Shown here piece after piece: positions 1 through 13,230 of a DNA stretch of 64,000 nt. Origin of the DNA: Mobula hypostoma (taxonomy: Eukaryota); assembly GCF_963921235.1 (NCBI RefSeq), contig NC_086118.1, forward strand, positions 16,058,001 to 16,122,000, given 5' to 3'. Within the stretch, counting starts at the first letter, position 1. Every line of letters starts with the position of its first letter. The notes under the pieces were generated by a model, which worked only from the letters and a program-made list of their open reading frames with translations, did no database searches and was not told the DNA's origin. Both the position numbers and the translations under genes were made by a program.

Positions 1-1030
1 TGTATGCCCAGACCAACAGCAAACAAAACCAATTAACTAGAAAAAGTCTATTTTTAAAAAAATGAGGAGACCAAACTCAAAAATAAACTATGATACCTGC
101 TCCTGACAAATTCACCAATGAAATGCAGAGTTTACAGAATAGTTGACTACAAATGATCTGCTTTAGTTCAATCTCAGCTACTCAGGGCTTTCCAGACAGT
201 ACGGAAGTATGACAGTCAGGCAGCACGGAAACAACCCTTCAGCCCAATTCCTTCTTACTGACTTTATTGCCCAGCGAGCCAGTCGTATTGCCCTCTCATA
301 CATATCCAAATGACTTTTAAATATTGCTAATGTGCCCCCGTGGCTATTGGGTGGCCCCGCGGTTGGATGGTGCCACAGTGAGGATGTGGATGGACAGGGG
401 TGCTGTAGTATCACCGGGGTTGGAGACAGCTTACAAGGAGAAATTGCAGCATCTCACCCCAGAAGGAGCCAGACTGGCTTTTTTAAGACTTTCACTGGTG
501 AGGTTATTTTAGTGAGGGGATTACTACATGTCACAGTGGAGATCAACGAACAGAGAAAGAAACTCCACTCTACATTGTTACAGGTAGTTATCCAGTGCCT
601 CTGGGCCACTTGTGGTTGGAGCAGCTCAAACTCGACTGGCATGAAATGCACTTGATTGTTGGGAGCACTCGTCTACAAGAGATATTGAAGAAAGACACAG
701 AAGTATTTAATGGAGAACTGGGTAGTATGAATAGAATCACTGCTAAACTGGTGGTTAAACCTGTCAACACCCAAATGCTTGAAGGCAAGACCTGTTCCAT
801 CTGCCCTTAAGCCATAGGGAGAGGTTGAATTGGAAAAATTAGTCCAGAGTAAGGTATTGGAACCAGTGTGTGGAAGTAAATGGGCAACTTCAGGGAGTCG
901 TTAAGGCATTGTGGAGAATTCAAGTTAACCATTAATTTGGTTCTTATCCTCACTGATAACTTTTTTGCAGGATTGGTCAGAGGACAGACATTTAGCAAGG
1001 TTGACTTGTGTCAAGCATACTTGCAGATCT

Positions 1031-1190
1031 GACTTACATATGGCCCTTGTGGCTACAGGGGTCACGGGGTATGGAGGGAAGGCTGGGTTCTGAGTTGGAT
1101 GATCAGCCATGATCATAATAAATGGCGGTGCAGGCTCGAAGGGCCGAATGGCCTACTCCTGCACCTATTTTCTATGTTTCTATGTTTCTA
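1031..1190 (+). mobile_element. Young CR1-type LINE 3' terminal fragment with (TTTCTATG)n tail
   Basis: Nearly identical to the reverse complement of ~59322-59487. Confidence 0.9.
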
Positions 1191-3267
1191 TTACTGGGAA
1201 AAATGAGCATGAACACCTACAGAACTTGGATGCTACACAACAAAGACACAAGGAATATGGGCAATGGGAACAGAAGGACAAGTGTGAGTTCTTTCAACCT
1301 TCGGTTGAATACTTGGTCTATGTGATCGACAGCTCAGGGCTTCACAAGGCACCATCAAAGGTGAAGGCAACTGTGGAGGCTCCATCGCCAAAGAATGTAA
1401 GTCAATTGAGATCATTCTTAGGTTTACTAACCTACTACGCAAAGTTTGTTCCTAATCTACCACTTCATGAGCTTTTAAATTAAGCAATACACCGACAGTG
1501 GACAGATTACTGTAAAAGGCCAGAACAGCTTTATCTCAGCCTGAAGCACTCACACACTTCCACCCATCATTGTCCATACAGTTGCCCTGCGACACCTCAC
1601 CCTATGGTGTGGGGGCAGTTACCTTACATATCATGCAGTTGGGTGAAGAGTGTTCAGTCGCCTTTGCATCAAGGACATTAAGCGAGGCAGAAAGCCACTA
1701 TGCCTAGACTGAGCAGGAAGCACTCACAATTGTCTTTGGAGTTAAGAAATTTCATACTCTTTGGGCGATGATTTACACTACCGATAAATCATCGCCTATT
1801 GATGTCAATTTTGGACTGCTAGCTGTATACAGTATTGAGCTCAGTTACTAATTGTGTATCAGTACAATATAAAGCACAGGAGGTCCGAGCACCATCCGAA
1901 TGCTGACAGACTGTCCAAACCCCCCTTAGCTGTTCAGCTCCACAGCCATCGCTGAAAGAGATCTTTCACTCCAAGCAAATAACTACAGCGGCACAAGTCC
2001 AGAAGCACACGCTCGCTTACTGACCCTGTTCCATCTGAAGTGGTGGATATGGTAAGTTATGAATGGAAAGGAGAGCCACCATCGATGTGAAACTTTACCA
2101 GGCTCAGTAGAAGGAGCTCACTATGGGGCTACCGTGTTGTCATTCCTCCACCATTAAGAAAGCAAGTGCTTGATGAGCTAAATGCAGGACGCTGTGGCGT
2201 GGTGCGCATGAAAGAAATTGCATGCAGCTACTTCTGCTGGTCGGGACTGGATGTAACCATTGAAGAGAAGGACAAAGCTTGCCCACGTTTTTAGCCAACT
2301 TGTTCCTCTGCATCCATGGGAAATGCCTGAAGAACCACGGCAGAGGATTCATGTAGATTTTACAGGACCTGTGGAAGGCCACATGTTCCTGGTTGTAGTA
2401 GGCACACACAGCAAATGGCTCCAGGTTGCCATCATGAACACCACTTCTGAAAAATGCATTGTGGAGCTACGGTCCATTCCATCTTGAACTGTTTTGTGCT
2501 TCCTCAACACCTTGTAAATGACAGCTTTGCATCAGGCTTGACCTGCTTAGACCCCCAAATATAAAACAGTTTGTGCGAAATGAACAGAAAACCCAAGCAC
2601 AGAGACGTGCCAAACTGCAGTACAGAGGTTTCACGGCAGGAGAGAGTACTTGCCCAGATCTACATTTCTGAAGTAAAGTGATACCTGTGATGGTGGTGGC
2701 ATAAGCTGGTCCTGTGACATACACAGGGCAAACCAGTCACCACAACACCTGGAGAAGGCATGCTGATCAGCTGCTGTCCACTTCGAAAACTAATGAACAC
2801 CAACACGAACTGGCCAATTCAGATCCAGTTGTAGAAATGGGATAGGATTCTGAGACAACGACTGCAGAAGCTCCGTTAAGATCAAATGACAGAGCCAGTG
2901 CTTTCCCCATCACCTGTGCTTTCTGAGGTGCCCCCTATAGACAATGCAGTACCCAAGCCAAGATCTATACATGCACCACCAACAGATAAAGTAATTTTGG
3001 GATCACCCCCAGGTCATTGGTACCCTCAGAGGAACAGGCAGCCTCTGGACAGGCTGAATCTCTAGTTTAGTAACTAACCCTTAGCCCATGGGGCAGAATA
3101 ATCCCCAGGGTTATGTCTGGCAATAGGAACAGTTGACTCTCTTTCTGTAGTTTAGAAAAAAGAATGTTTTTTTATTGTTGGTTGAATTTGAAGGTTAATA
3201 GTCCAGCAGCTGGTCTGTGTATGGGAAGGGGGAGAAATCTTTAAAATAATGGGGGGAAGGAGGGATA

Positions 3268-3459
3268 TGTTATGCATTCACGTATATTTTGACCTTTACA
3301 GCTTGCCGTCAAGCCTCCCTGTGTTATGTACTGAACATAATGTGAGAGGGCACTCTGAGTAGATGATTTACAAGTGAAAATAAATAACAGCACATTTGTT
3401 CCTCACCTCTCTGTCTCTCGTGTGTGTTATTCATGGCCACCCAGCTTCCCAGTACCACA
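3268..3459 (+). repeat. 3' LTR of the Gypsy element, preceded by a polypurine tract
   Basis: GGGGGGAAGGAGGGA tract at 3251-3265, then TGT...ACA with an internal AATAAA. Confidence 0.7.
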
Positions 3460-3706
3460 ATCTTAACAAAAACTATACACAATACTCCAAGTACAGCCTC
3501 ACCAACATCTTATAGAACTGCAACATTCCAACTCCCATACTCTATGCCCTGTGCTCTAGCACAGGCAATGGAATTACAAATTCATTTATCTGGGAATATG
3601 ATCATCTCTAATTTGCAGCTCATAAAATAAAATCACTTGGAACTGTAGTGTCTTTTTAGACTGCCGATGTACATTTTAAATCATTTTGATAGGCGGAAAT
3701 TTTTAC

Positions 3707-3904
3707 CTATTTCATCCACGACAGCAACCATCTTCTCTAGCTCTTCAGGACAAATGTCTGGACAGTGCGTAAATCCAAAGTATATCAAGACCCACTGTCC
3801 AAGGTAGTCTTTGTCTGTCTTGGGTTGCCCTTTGTGATCAACCAGTGAAAAGGGTCCTCCAAGTGCTGCTTTTCCAATGCTACGAGTCCGCTCCTTCTCA
3901 ATCT
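3707..3904 (-). CDS. SCO1: SCO1 coding exon 4 (thioredoxin-like domain with the CxxxC copper motif: ...[11 protein letters not shown]...[18 protein letters not shown]...)
   Basis: 198-nt exon with AG/GT boundaries, in frame with exon 3; FTHCPDIC is diagnostic of the SCO family. The remaining exons lie left of the window. Confidence 0.97.
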
Positions 3905-4139
3905 CTTAACAGTCAATTGAAGAAAGATTAACACATTATTACATTATCTCACAGACTCAATTAGTTAAGTTTGTATACTTTCATTACAGAGCTCAAAGCA
4001 ATTACTTTTAAATAAATTTAAACAATTAGCGTAATAGCAAATGAAACAACACTAACATTAAGGAGTATGGAGACTGTGATTGCATTCAAGGACGAGCACG
4101 GTTAAGGGACCAACTCGTCTACTCCTCCATCTTATTTTA

Positions 4140-5117
4140 GGCTACGTCCACACTACACTGGATAATTTTGAAAACGAAGCTTTCTCTTTGTTTTGACCCT
4201 CTGTCCACACTAAAATGGCGTCTTCATCCCCCCAAAAACGGAGATTTTCATAAAAGGTCTCCAGAGTGAATAAATCTGAAAACGCCTAATATCTGTTGCA
4301 GTGTGGACGGGGTAACCGGAGATTTTTAAAACCGCTGTCATGACGTGCCAGAACAGATGGTGGCAGCGCGGCATTTCATTGTTTTCTTCTTATTATTATT
4401 ATTATTATTACTTTATTGTTGCCAAACAATTGATATTAGAGCATACAATCATCACAGTGATATTTGATTCTGCGCTTCGCAGAACCTAACAATTTCAGAA
4501 CAGACAGCAACGAGACTGAAGCTAGAAGAATTAGAAATGTACTCACCAAATACTTTGACCCATAGCTTACTGAATAAATAAGTATACTCACTTTGCCCTG
4601 TTTTCTGTCCTTGCTTGTATGAAGGTGGTTTACCTATTTATGCAAGTACTTCTCTGACAATAGATGTGTAACAGCCTAATGTAACATTGTATGGAAATAC
4701 AAGATAACACTGATGCAGACATGTTTTATACATTTAACAAGGTGCTTTATTAATGCAACAGAGTTAGTCAGTTTTTCAATGTTCGTCGTCAGCTGGGTCA
4801 TACTGTCCGTGAACTCCCTGTCGGTTGCCTCCATATGCTCCAGTATTTGTTTTCTCTCAGTTTTAAGTCCTCCTGCACAAGACCAAGAGCAATTCCTTTT
4901 AAGTTTTTCTACTCTGTAACTGGACAAACGCGCACCAAGTATACCGTTTCCTCTTCGCTTGTTTTCTGTGTGTCCTGCGCATGCCCAGTAGGAGATTCAC
5001 CCAAATATCCGTTCTAATGTGCACAGAGATATTTTGAAAAACGCTTAGTGTGGACGCCTGTTGTTTTTACTTGAAACCAGCGTTTTCAAAATTATCCGGC
5101 GTAGTGTGGACGTAGCC
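4140..5117. mobile_element. Non-autonomous PIF/Harbinger element, copy 1
   Basis: TIRs GGCTACGTCCACACTAC / GTAGTGTGGACGTAGCC; TTA target duplication on both sides. Confidence 0.9.
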
Positions 5118-5984
5118 TTAGTGTTCTGCCTGAATGTGATTTTACATCATATTGCAACCACTCTCCTCACCATTTATTAAACATTATTTACTTACATCCT
5201 CAAACATCTTCAGGAGCAAATAACACAAGTTTAAAAAAAAACTGCACTTAGATCTCCCAAGTTGCTAGAATGGCAACTCTTGCTGACTGGAGCCACACCT
5301 TTATATCACTCTTGCTCTCTTCTTAATCGGAAATGAGTTATTATCAGCGATATCAGGTAGATTCTCAGGATCTCATTATCACAACTTGTACAAGGCAGGG
5401 AACTCAGATTGCTTAAAGGAGTCAAGCCCAGATGTTTAACATCAGTACAGCAGCACTGCAATCAAAAACATATTGTCAAAAGAATCTCTTTTCTTCTTTT
5501 TGAGTTCAAGAGTACATCTCCGTATGCACTACTTATGTCTGATAGGATCACGGCAGATATGGCATTCAACTCCAAGTCCATCCTTTGCTTCAAATAATTT
5601 AATCACTTTGTTTAATATAACATAAACTTCACACTTACATCAACAACTGAACTGACATCAATTCCCATTTGTAATAGAGTTCCCTTTGTCCATACATTTT
5701 TCATGAAGAGGCGGGTATACAGTTTGTGTTGAAATTACTATGTTAGGTTTCCAGAGGTGCAGCCACTAGAAATATAGTCATTCTCCATCAGTTGGAAACT
5801 ACAATTAAATTCTCTTTAACTTGAATTTCCAGGAATAGAATCCTGCACATGTCATCCCCACACAAGTTAACCTTTAGCATCCAAGTGTCATTCTGCTAAA
5901 TTCTTTGCTCCACTCCCAAGACCACCACACTCCTGCTTCAGGTATAGTGCTCAGAAATAAACAACCTAGGCTAATTGGTTCCCT

Positions 5985-8200
5985 TAACAAACTTAGTATT
6001 ACATTCTCCTGACTGAATCTGATTTGTGACTGCATCTTCAATTTCCTCACTTGCAGACCCTACTCTGTAGGGATTAACAACAACATCTCTTCCACAATCA
6101 CCATCGGCACAGGTGTACCACAAAGCTGTGTGCTTAGCCCCCTGCTCTGTTAACTTCACACTTATCACTCTGAGGCTAATCCACGTTCAAGTTTGCTGAC
6201 GACACCATCGCCGTTGGTGAAGTCAAAGGTGGTGATGAATTGGCATTTGGGAGGGAGATTGAAAGATTGGTTCAATGATGCCACAACAACAACCTCTCAC
6301 TTAACATCAGCAAAACAAGAGCTGGTTATTGACTACAGGGTGAGGAAACCAGAGGTCCGTGAATCAGTCCTCATCAGGGGATCAGAAGAGTCAGTAACTT
6401 TAAATTCTTTGGTGTTATCATATTTAGGAACCGCATGCAAGTGCCATTACATCGAAAGCACATCAAAGCCTCAAAGGTTGCGCAACTTCGGCCTGCCATC
6501 TAAAAATTTGACACAGTGGAGCATATCCTGACTGGTCGTATCATAGTCATACTTTATTGATCCCGGAGGAAATTGCTTTTCATTACAGTTGCACCATAAA
6601 TAATAAATAGTAATAGAACCATAAATAGTTAAATAGTAATATGTAAATTATGCCAGGAAATTATGAAATAAGTCCAGGACCAGCCTATTGGCTCAGGATG
6701 TCTGACCCTCCAAGGGAGGAGTTGTAAAGTTTGATGGCCACAGGCAGGAATGACTTCCTATGACGCTCTGTATTGCATCTCGGTGGAATGAGTCTCTGGC
6801 TGAATGTACTCCTGTGCCCAACCAGTACATTATGTAGTGGATGGGAGACATTGTCCAAGATGGCATGCAACTTGGACAGCATCCTCTTTTCAGACACCAC
6901 TGTGAGAGAGTCCAGTTCCATCCCCACAACATCACTGGCCTTACGAATGAGTTTGTTGATTCTGTTGGTGTCTGCTACCCTCAGCCTGCTGCCCCAGCGC
7001 ACAACAGCAAACATGATAGCACTGGCCACCACAGACTCGTAGAACATCCTCAGCATCGTCCGGCAGATGTTAAAGGACCTCAGTCTCCTCAGGAAATAGA
7101 GACGGCTCTGACCCTTCTTGTAGACAGCCTCCGTGTTCTTTGACCAGTCCAGTTTATTGTCAATTCGTATCCCCAGGTATTTGTAATCCTCCACCATGTC
7201 CACACTGAGCCCTTGGATGGAAACAGGGGTCACCGGTACCTTAGCTCTCCTCAGGTCTACTACCAGCTCCTTAGCCTTTTTGACATTAAGCTGCAGATAA
7301 TTCTGCTCACACCATGTGACAAAGTTTCCTACCGTAGCCCTGTACTCAGCCTCATCTCCCTTGCTGATGCATCCAACTATGGCAGAGTCATCAGAAGACT
7401 TCTGAAGATGACAAGACTCTGTGCAGTAGTTGAAGTCCGAGGTGTAAATGGTGAAGAGAAAGGGAGACAAGACAGTCCCCTGTGGAGCCCCAGTGCTGCT
7501 GATCACTCTGTCGGACACAAAGTGTTGCAAGCACACGTACTGTGGTCTGCCAGTCAGGTAATCAAGAATCCATGACACCAGGGAAACATCCACCTGCATC
7601 GCTGTCAGCTTCTCCCCAGAATGTATCATGACCTGGTATGGAAATACCAAAGCCCAGAAATGGAAAACCTACAAAATGTAAGAGATAAAGCCCACTCCAA
7701 CACAGGGAAAGCATATCCCACCGTTGAGCACAGCTACAAGGAACACTGCCACAAGAAACCAGTATCCATCGTCAAGGACCCCCACCATCCAGGCCATCGT
7801 GCTCTCTTCTCACTGCTGCCACTGGTAAGGAGGTACAGGAGCCTTAGGTCCCATCCGTCAGGTTTAGGAACAGTTATTACCCTTCAACCATCAGGCTCCT
7901 GAACCAGCGTGGACAACTTCACTCACCTCAACACTGCACTAGTTCCACAAAGAATGGACCCACTTTCAAGGACACAACAACAGGTTCTCAATACCATTCA
8001 TTATTTATTATTATTTGTGGGGGTGCGTTGTATTTGCATAGTTTGTCTTCTTTTTGCACATTGGCTTTTTGTCAGTCTTTCATTAATTCTATTGAATTTA
8101 TTTGTTCTGCAAGAAAATGAATCTGAAGATAGTACATGTTGATATATTGACAATGAATCTCAGGGTGGTACATGTTGACAATTTACCTTGAACTTTGTAT
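5985..8200 (+). mobile_element. Old Rex1/Babar-like LINE 3' part, split by a younger insertion
   Basis: GVPQSCVLSPLL and KFADDT RT remnants; resumes after 7623 with the 3' end and ...TGAACTTTG tail. Confidence 0.75.
6545..7622 (-). mobile_element. Younger 5'-truncated Rex1/Babar LINE (RT C-terminal half still open)
   Basis: ORF 6685-7650 with GAPQGTVLSPFLF, QKSSDDSAIVG and YKYLG; GTATCAT duplicated at 6538-6544 and 7623-7629. Confidence 0.9.
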
Positions 8201-8213
8201 CTGGCTAATGATA

Positions 8214-8878
8214 ATTAGATTAGATTATGAGGACACGCAGTCCTCTTTTATTGTCATTTAGAAATGCATGCATTAATAAATGATACAATGTTCCTCTGGT
8301 GTGATATCACAGAAACACAAGACAAACCAAGACTAAAAAAAACTGACAAAAAGCACATAATTATAACATATAGTTACAACAGTGCAAAGCAATACCATAA
8401 TTTGATAAAGAACAGACCATGGGCACAGTAAAAAAAAAGTCTCAAAGTCTCTCGGAAGTCCCATCATCTCACGCAGATGGTAGAAGCCCTCTCTTCCTGC
8501 CATGAACCTCCAGCGCCACAAACTTGCCGATGGAGCACCCTGGAAGCACCCGACCACAGCCAACTCGAGTCCATCCGAAAACTTCGAGCCTCCAACCAGC
8601 CCTCTGACACCAAGCACCATCTCTGCCGAGCGCTTCAACCCCGGCCCCGGCAACAGGCAATAGACAAAGCCGGGGATTCGGGGCCTTCCCCTCCGGAGAC
8701 TCTCGATCGCACAGTAGCAGCGGCAGCAAAGCAGGCATTTCAGAAGTTTCTCCAGATGTTCCTCCGTGCTTCTCACGTCCGTCTCCATCAAATCAGGATT
8801 GTGCACAGTACCTACTTAGCAAATACCGATATCATTTCGGAGTGGCCGTGCGCACTGCGTCCTCTTCTCCTCCCCTCC
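8214..8878 (-). mobile_element. ~650-bp non-coding retroposon with (TCTAA)n tail, copy 1
   Basis: Aligns end to end with 42899-43546; AATAAA-like signal and microsatellite tail at the minus-strand 3' end. Confidence 0.8.
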
Positions 8879-8990
8879 TTTGCACATACACATCAAGTCT
8901 CTTTCAACATCCACTGTTTCTTTTCTCTCACCATTTTATAAGTACTCTAATGTACCATTTCCAGTTCCAAAGTAGTATAAGAATGCTTAC

Positions 8991-9081
8991 TTTCTTCTTT
9001 TTCTTTCTTCATGTATTTCATGACGACCAGCAGTGCTCCTCCTACAGCAACAGTGACCGCTAAAGATTTCCATGTGACAGG
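8991..9081 (-). CDS. SCO1: SCO1 coding exon 3 (transmembrane helix; [30 protein letters not shown])
   Basis: Clear match to the SCO1 PVSWKSLA...GGALL..MK..KKEK segment; 91 nt; polypyrimidine-tagTAG acceptor and A|GTAAGC donor. Confidence 0.95.
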
Positions 9082-9164
9082 CTACTAAGGAGAAAAAAAA
9101 ATGTCTCAGGAACAAAGACATTGAACAAATTATAAACAAGACAGTTTTTAAATTATTTCTGTGA

Positions 9165-9620
9165 AGCAGGTGAAAATGAGAGCATTTGACGGCTCTGGGC
9201 CTGTGTTCACTGGAATTCAGAAGTACGAGGGGTGACCACATTGAAATCTATCGAATGGTGAAAGGCTTTGATAGAGTAGAAGTGGAGAGGATGTTTCCTA
9301 TGGTGGGAAAGTCTAAGATCAGAGGACACAGCCTCAGATTAGAGGGGCAATTCTTTCAAAACAGAGATGAGGAGGAATTTCTTTAGTCTGAGAGTGGTGA
9401 ATTTGTGAGCAGTGAGTTCTTTGCCGCAGGCAGCTGTGGAGGCCAAGTCTTATAAACATATTTAAGGCAGAGGTTGATAGATTCTTGACTGGTCAGGGCA
9501 TGAAGGGAAATGGGGAAAAGGGAGGAGATTGGAGCTGAGAGGAAAATTGGATCAGCCCTGATGAAATAGAGCAGACTGGATGGGCCAAATGGCTTAATTC
9601 TGATCCTATCTTATGGTCTA
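9165..9620 (+). mobile_element. CR1 LINE 3' end
   Basis: LGLCSLEFRSTRGDHIEIYRMVKG...RGHSLRL ORF2 C-terminus plus the typical 3'UTR. Confidence 0.85.
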
Positions 9621-9890
9621 AATAAATGTGATACAATACCACACACTGGAACATAGGCTTAGTTAGAACCATTATGTTTTGATATTAGGTGACCACACAA
9701 TTATTGAATAGTAAAGTAGGAAACTGTTAATGATCTTTTTCTCAATAATATTTGGTAATCAGTCTTAATATACTGTATAAATAGAGTGAAACTGTTCCTT
9801 TCAAATACTTGACACATCCTCCTCCTCCTCCTATGTTGCTACAACTATTAAAACATTTTCTACTTTACTCATTAACACTGAATTACTTAC

Positions 9891-10016
9891 CCCATCCTTC
9901 TTGGTCCTAGGGTTTGTTTTTGATCCCGTTGGTGGTGGAGGCATTGTACTGAAGTAGTGGAAACTGGTGTATTTGGGCAACGATATTGCCCAAGTTGGGC
10001 AAAGCTCATCCCTCAA
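9891..10016 (-). CDS. SCO1: SCO1 coding exon 2 (LRDELCPTWAISLPKYTSFHYFSTMPPPPTGSKTNPRTKKDG)
   Basis: ttgtgttggaacag acceptor, GGG|GTAAGT donor, 126 nt, phase 0/0. The ST-x-PPPP...G ending resembles the SCO1 segment just before PV(S/T)WKSL. Confidence 0.8.
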
Positions 10017-10449
10017 CTGTTCCAACACAAAAAGAATAAACTTTGAATTAGTAAACACAGTAAATTATTGTCATTCCTGCTGTTCATTCAAATCCAGATA
10101 GCTAATGTGATGAGAGACTGACAAAGTCCTGATAATTTTAAAGGATTAAAACTGTTCTTGACACCATAAATAATTCTTTAAAGAATGTTTTGAAAATGTC
10201 CCCTTTCATTTTACCAGGAAGACTTCAGTTTAAATCTAACAAGAGAGACAGCACCTCTGATTATGCAGCGTTAGGTTTTGGAGTCACTATTTCTGTGGTC
10301 AAGCCTTGAAGCAGTTAAGAGTCATATAACACAGAAATGGGGCCTTTGGCCCAACTGGTTGCTGCTGATCAATATTCCGATCTAAACTAGTCCCACCTGC
10401 CTGCCTTTGGCACAAATCCTTGTCCAACAGATCTGAGATTTTTGCTCCC

Positions 10450-13230
10450 TGTGCAGATGGGAGTGGGGGCATCAGGGAGCATGAGCAACCAAACCATGGT
10501 ATCCCATTTCAAGAAGCCATTCGGCGGGGGTGGGGGGGGGTGAGACAAGATGAATGTAGTCGTAATTGGGAACAGTATAGCCAGGGGAATTGATACAACT
10601 TTCAGTTGCAAGGAGTGAGAGTCTCAAAGGCTGTACTGCCTGCCAGGTACCCGGGTTTGGGACATCTCATCTGAGCTGCAGAGGAATTTGGAGTGGTAGG
10701 GAAAAGACTCAGTTGCCATGGTCCATGTAGGTACAAATTTCTTGGAAGGACAAAAGGTTTTGCTGAAGGAATTTGAGCAGCTTGGGACTACATTAAAACG
10801 CAGAACCAAAAAAGGTAATAATCTCTGAATTGTTAACTGAGCCAATTGCGAATTGGCACAGGGTTAGTAAGCTCAGAAAGGTAAATGCGTGGCTCAAAGA
10901 TTAATGTGGGAGAAGTAGGTTTGAATTCGTGGGAGATGGGCTGTAGTATTGAGGAAGAGGGTGCAATGTGATGGGACAAGTTTCGCCTGAACCATGTTGG
11001 GACCAAAGTCCTGGCGAACTGCATAACTTGGGCCGTGGATAGGATTTTCAACTAGTAGGTGGTTGGGTCCAACCACTTGGAAATGAAGGATAAAATAAAA
11101 AAAATAAGAAGAATGCAGGAGAGGTTACAGACATCTCGAGAATGAAATAGAAGAGAGAAAGTTTAGAAAGGGGTAAGAATTTATCTTCACAGGACATGGA
11201 GACAAAATTGAAAAGGGTAGTAAATACAGGACTGAAGGTGTTATTTTTGAATGCATGCGGTATATGAAATGAGGTAGAAGAGCATATAGCAAAGGTATAT
11301 CCTACGAAAGAAGTGACATAGGATCAGAAGATGTAGAATCCTTGTGTGTACAGTTAAGAAACTGCAACACCCTGATGGGAATTACGGTAGTCAGGTGGTA
11401 GAGTACAAATTATAATGGGAGATAGAAAGGGCATTGTTACAATGGTCAGTTTTATGATGGTCATGGGAGATTTCAATATGCAGGTAGACTGGGAAAGTCA
11501 GGTTGGTACCTCATCCCAAGAGAAGGAATTTGTAGAATGCCTATGAGATAGCTTTTTGGTGCCGCTTGTGGTCGAGCCCATAAAGAAAAGGCAATTCTGG
11601 ATCAGCTGTTGTGCAATGAAACTGATCTGATTAGGGAGCTTAAGGTAAAGGTACCCTTACGGGCAGTGATCATGATAGAATTCACCCTGTAGTTTGAGAA
11701 GGAGAAGATAAAATCAATGTATCAGTATTACAGAGGGGTAAAGTTAACTACAAGTAAGAGACGAGCTGGCTGAAGTTGACTGGAGGAGATGACAGTAGTG
11801 GCTGGAGTTTCTGGGAGTAATTCAGAAGGTGCAAAGCAGCAGCAGCATTCTAAAGGGAAGATGAGGCAACCATAGTTGATAAGGAAGTCAAGGGCAGAAT
11901 AAAAGCAAAGGAGATGGAATACAATATAGTAATGTAGCCCCCCGGCCAGCCTCAGGGTCGCTCAGCTCACTGTCGTTTAGGGAAACAGCCCTCGGCCCCG
12001 CCAAACTGAGTAATAGTTTGTGTGGATGCTGTGTGATATACCACCTAAATAACAGGCAATACACCAGATATGATTAAATGAGTTTCAGTTTATAGATATT
12101 ACTGGAACTAGATAATTAATAGATAATAAAATATAAAAGGCGCCACACTTATCAAAGTTCAATCTCATCGTGCACAAACAGTTGGAGCTCAGGACCCTTC
12201 TTCTCCAACCTGCGTCTCCCCTCGGACCACCTCGACGTGCTGCCTGGGACCAACAACAGTAGTCGACCAGACGCTCCTCACGAGTCCATCTCCTCTCCTC
12301 GCCAAACACCCTGGACCTCGGACTCCTGCTCGGGGTTCGACCCTGTTAGCGGACTTACAGCACCTTATCCATCCTCTGTCTCTCTCTCCCGCCTTCTGCA
12401 CAAAAACCCGCGCACCACACTAACTTACAGACACACAGAGAGAATTACATCTATCCCAATTGGTTTGTTCACTCTCTTATCAGTAACATGATCCAAACAA
12501 ACTGCTAGCAGGAGGACTTTCTCCGCAGATAACATAACAAAGAAGCCATTTTAATTAGACTATGCAGTAACATAAAAGAAGAAACCCCTTACAGTAAAAA
12601 TTAATGGGAAGATAAGAATATTGGAAGCTTTTAAAAATCAACAGAAGGCAACTACGAAAGCAATAAGGAGAGAAAAGATGAAAAATTAAAGGTAAACTAG
12701 CCAATAATATAAAATGGGATACTAAAAGATTTTTCAGAAAGATGGCAGATGAACTGAGTAAGAATTTTGCATCAGTCTTCATTGTGGAAGACACCAGCAG
12801 TATGGCAGAAATTTGAGTTTCAGGAAGCAAAAATGAGTGTAGTCACAATTACTGACGAGAAGATACTTGAGAAGCTAAAAGATCTGAAGGCAGATAAGTC
12901 ACCTGGATCAGATGGACTGTACCCAAGTGTTCAGAAAGAGGTAGCTACAGAGACTGTAGAGATATTAATTGTGATCTTTCAAGAATCACTAGTTTGCAGA
13001 ACAGAGATAAGTAAGAATTACTTTAGCCAGAGGGTGGAGAACCTGTGGAAATTCAATACCTCATACAACTGTGGAGGATGTCATTGGGTATAGTTGAAGC
13101 AGACCTTGGTAGATCCTTGATTAGTTCGGGTGTCAAAGGTTAAGGGTTGAGAAAGAAAATAAATCAGTCATGATTGAATGGCAGTGTCTCAATGGGCTGA
13201 ATGGCCTCATTCTGCTCCCATATCTCATGA
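10450..13230 (+). mobile_element. Decayed CR1 LINE (ORF1 esterase and ORF2 remnants) with an inserted solo LTR
   Basis: VVIGNSIARG, CLPG and VHVGT esterase remnants; MGDFN and KSPGSDGLYP ORF2 remnants; CR1 3'UTR. Confidence 0.85.
11933..12593 (-). mobile_element. Solo LTR
   Basis: TG...CA termini, 4-bp TSD GTAA; related to 16130-16842 in the opposite orientation. Strand inferred. Confidence 0.88.

Larger units (their letters stand above)
320..3459 (+). mobile_element. Decayed Gypsy/Ty3 LTR retrotransposon (protease-RT-RNaseH-integrase order) in a SCO1 intron
   Basis: Protease-like MDRGAVVS; RT VDLCQAYLQ and KCEFFQPSVEYL...LRSFLGLLTYYAKFVPNL; RNase H CDTSPYGVGAV...FASRTLSEAE; integrase HPWEMPEEPRQRIHVDFTGP. 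Many stops and frameshifts; 5' boundary approximate. Confidence 0.92.

Noticed and set aside
6685-7650. 321-aa ORF as a host gene
   Set aside because: It is a 5'-truncated Rex1 RT with a TSD, and its start lies in the flanking older repeat.
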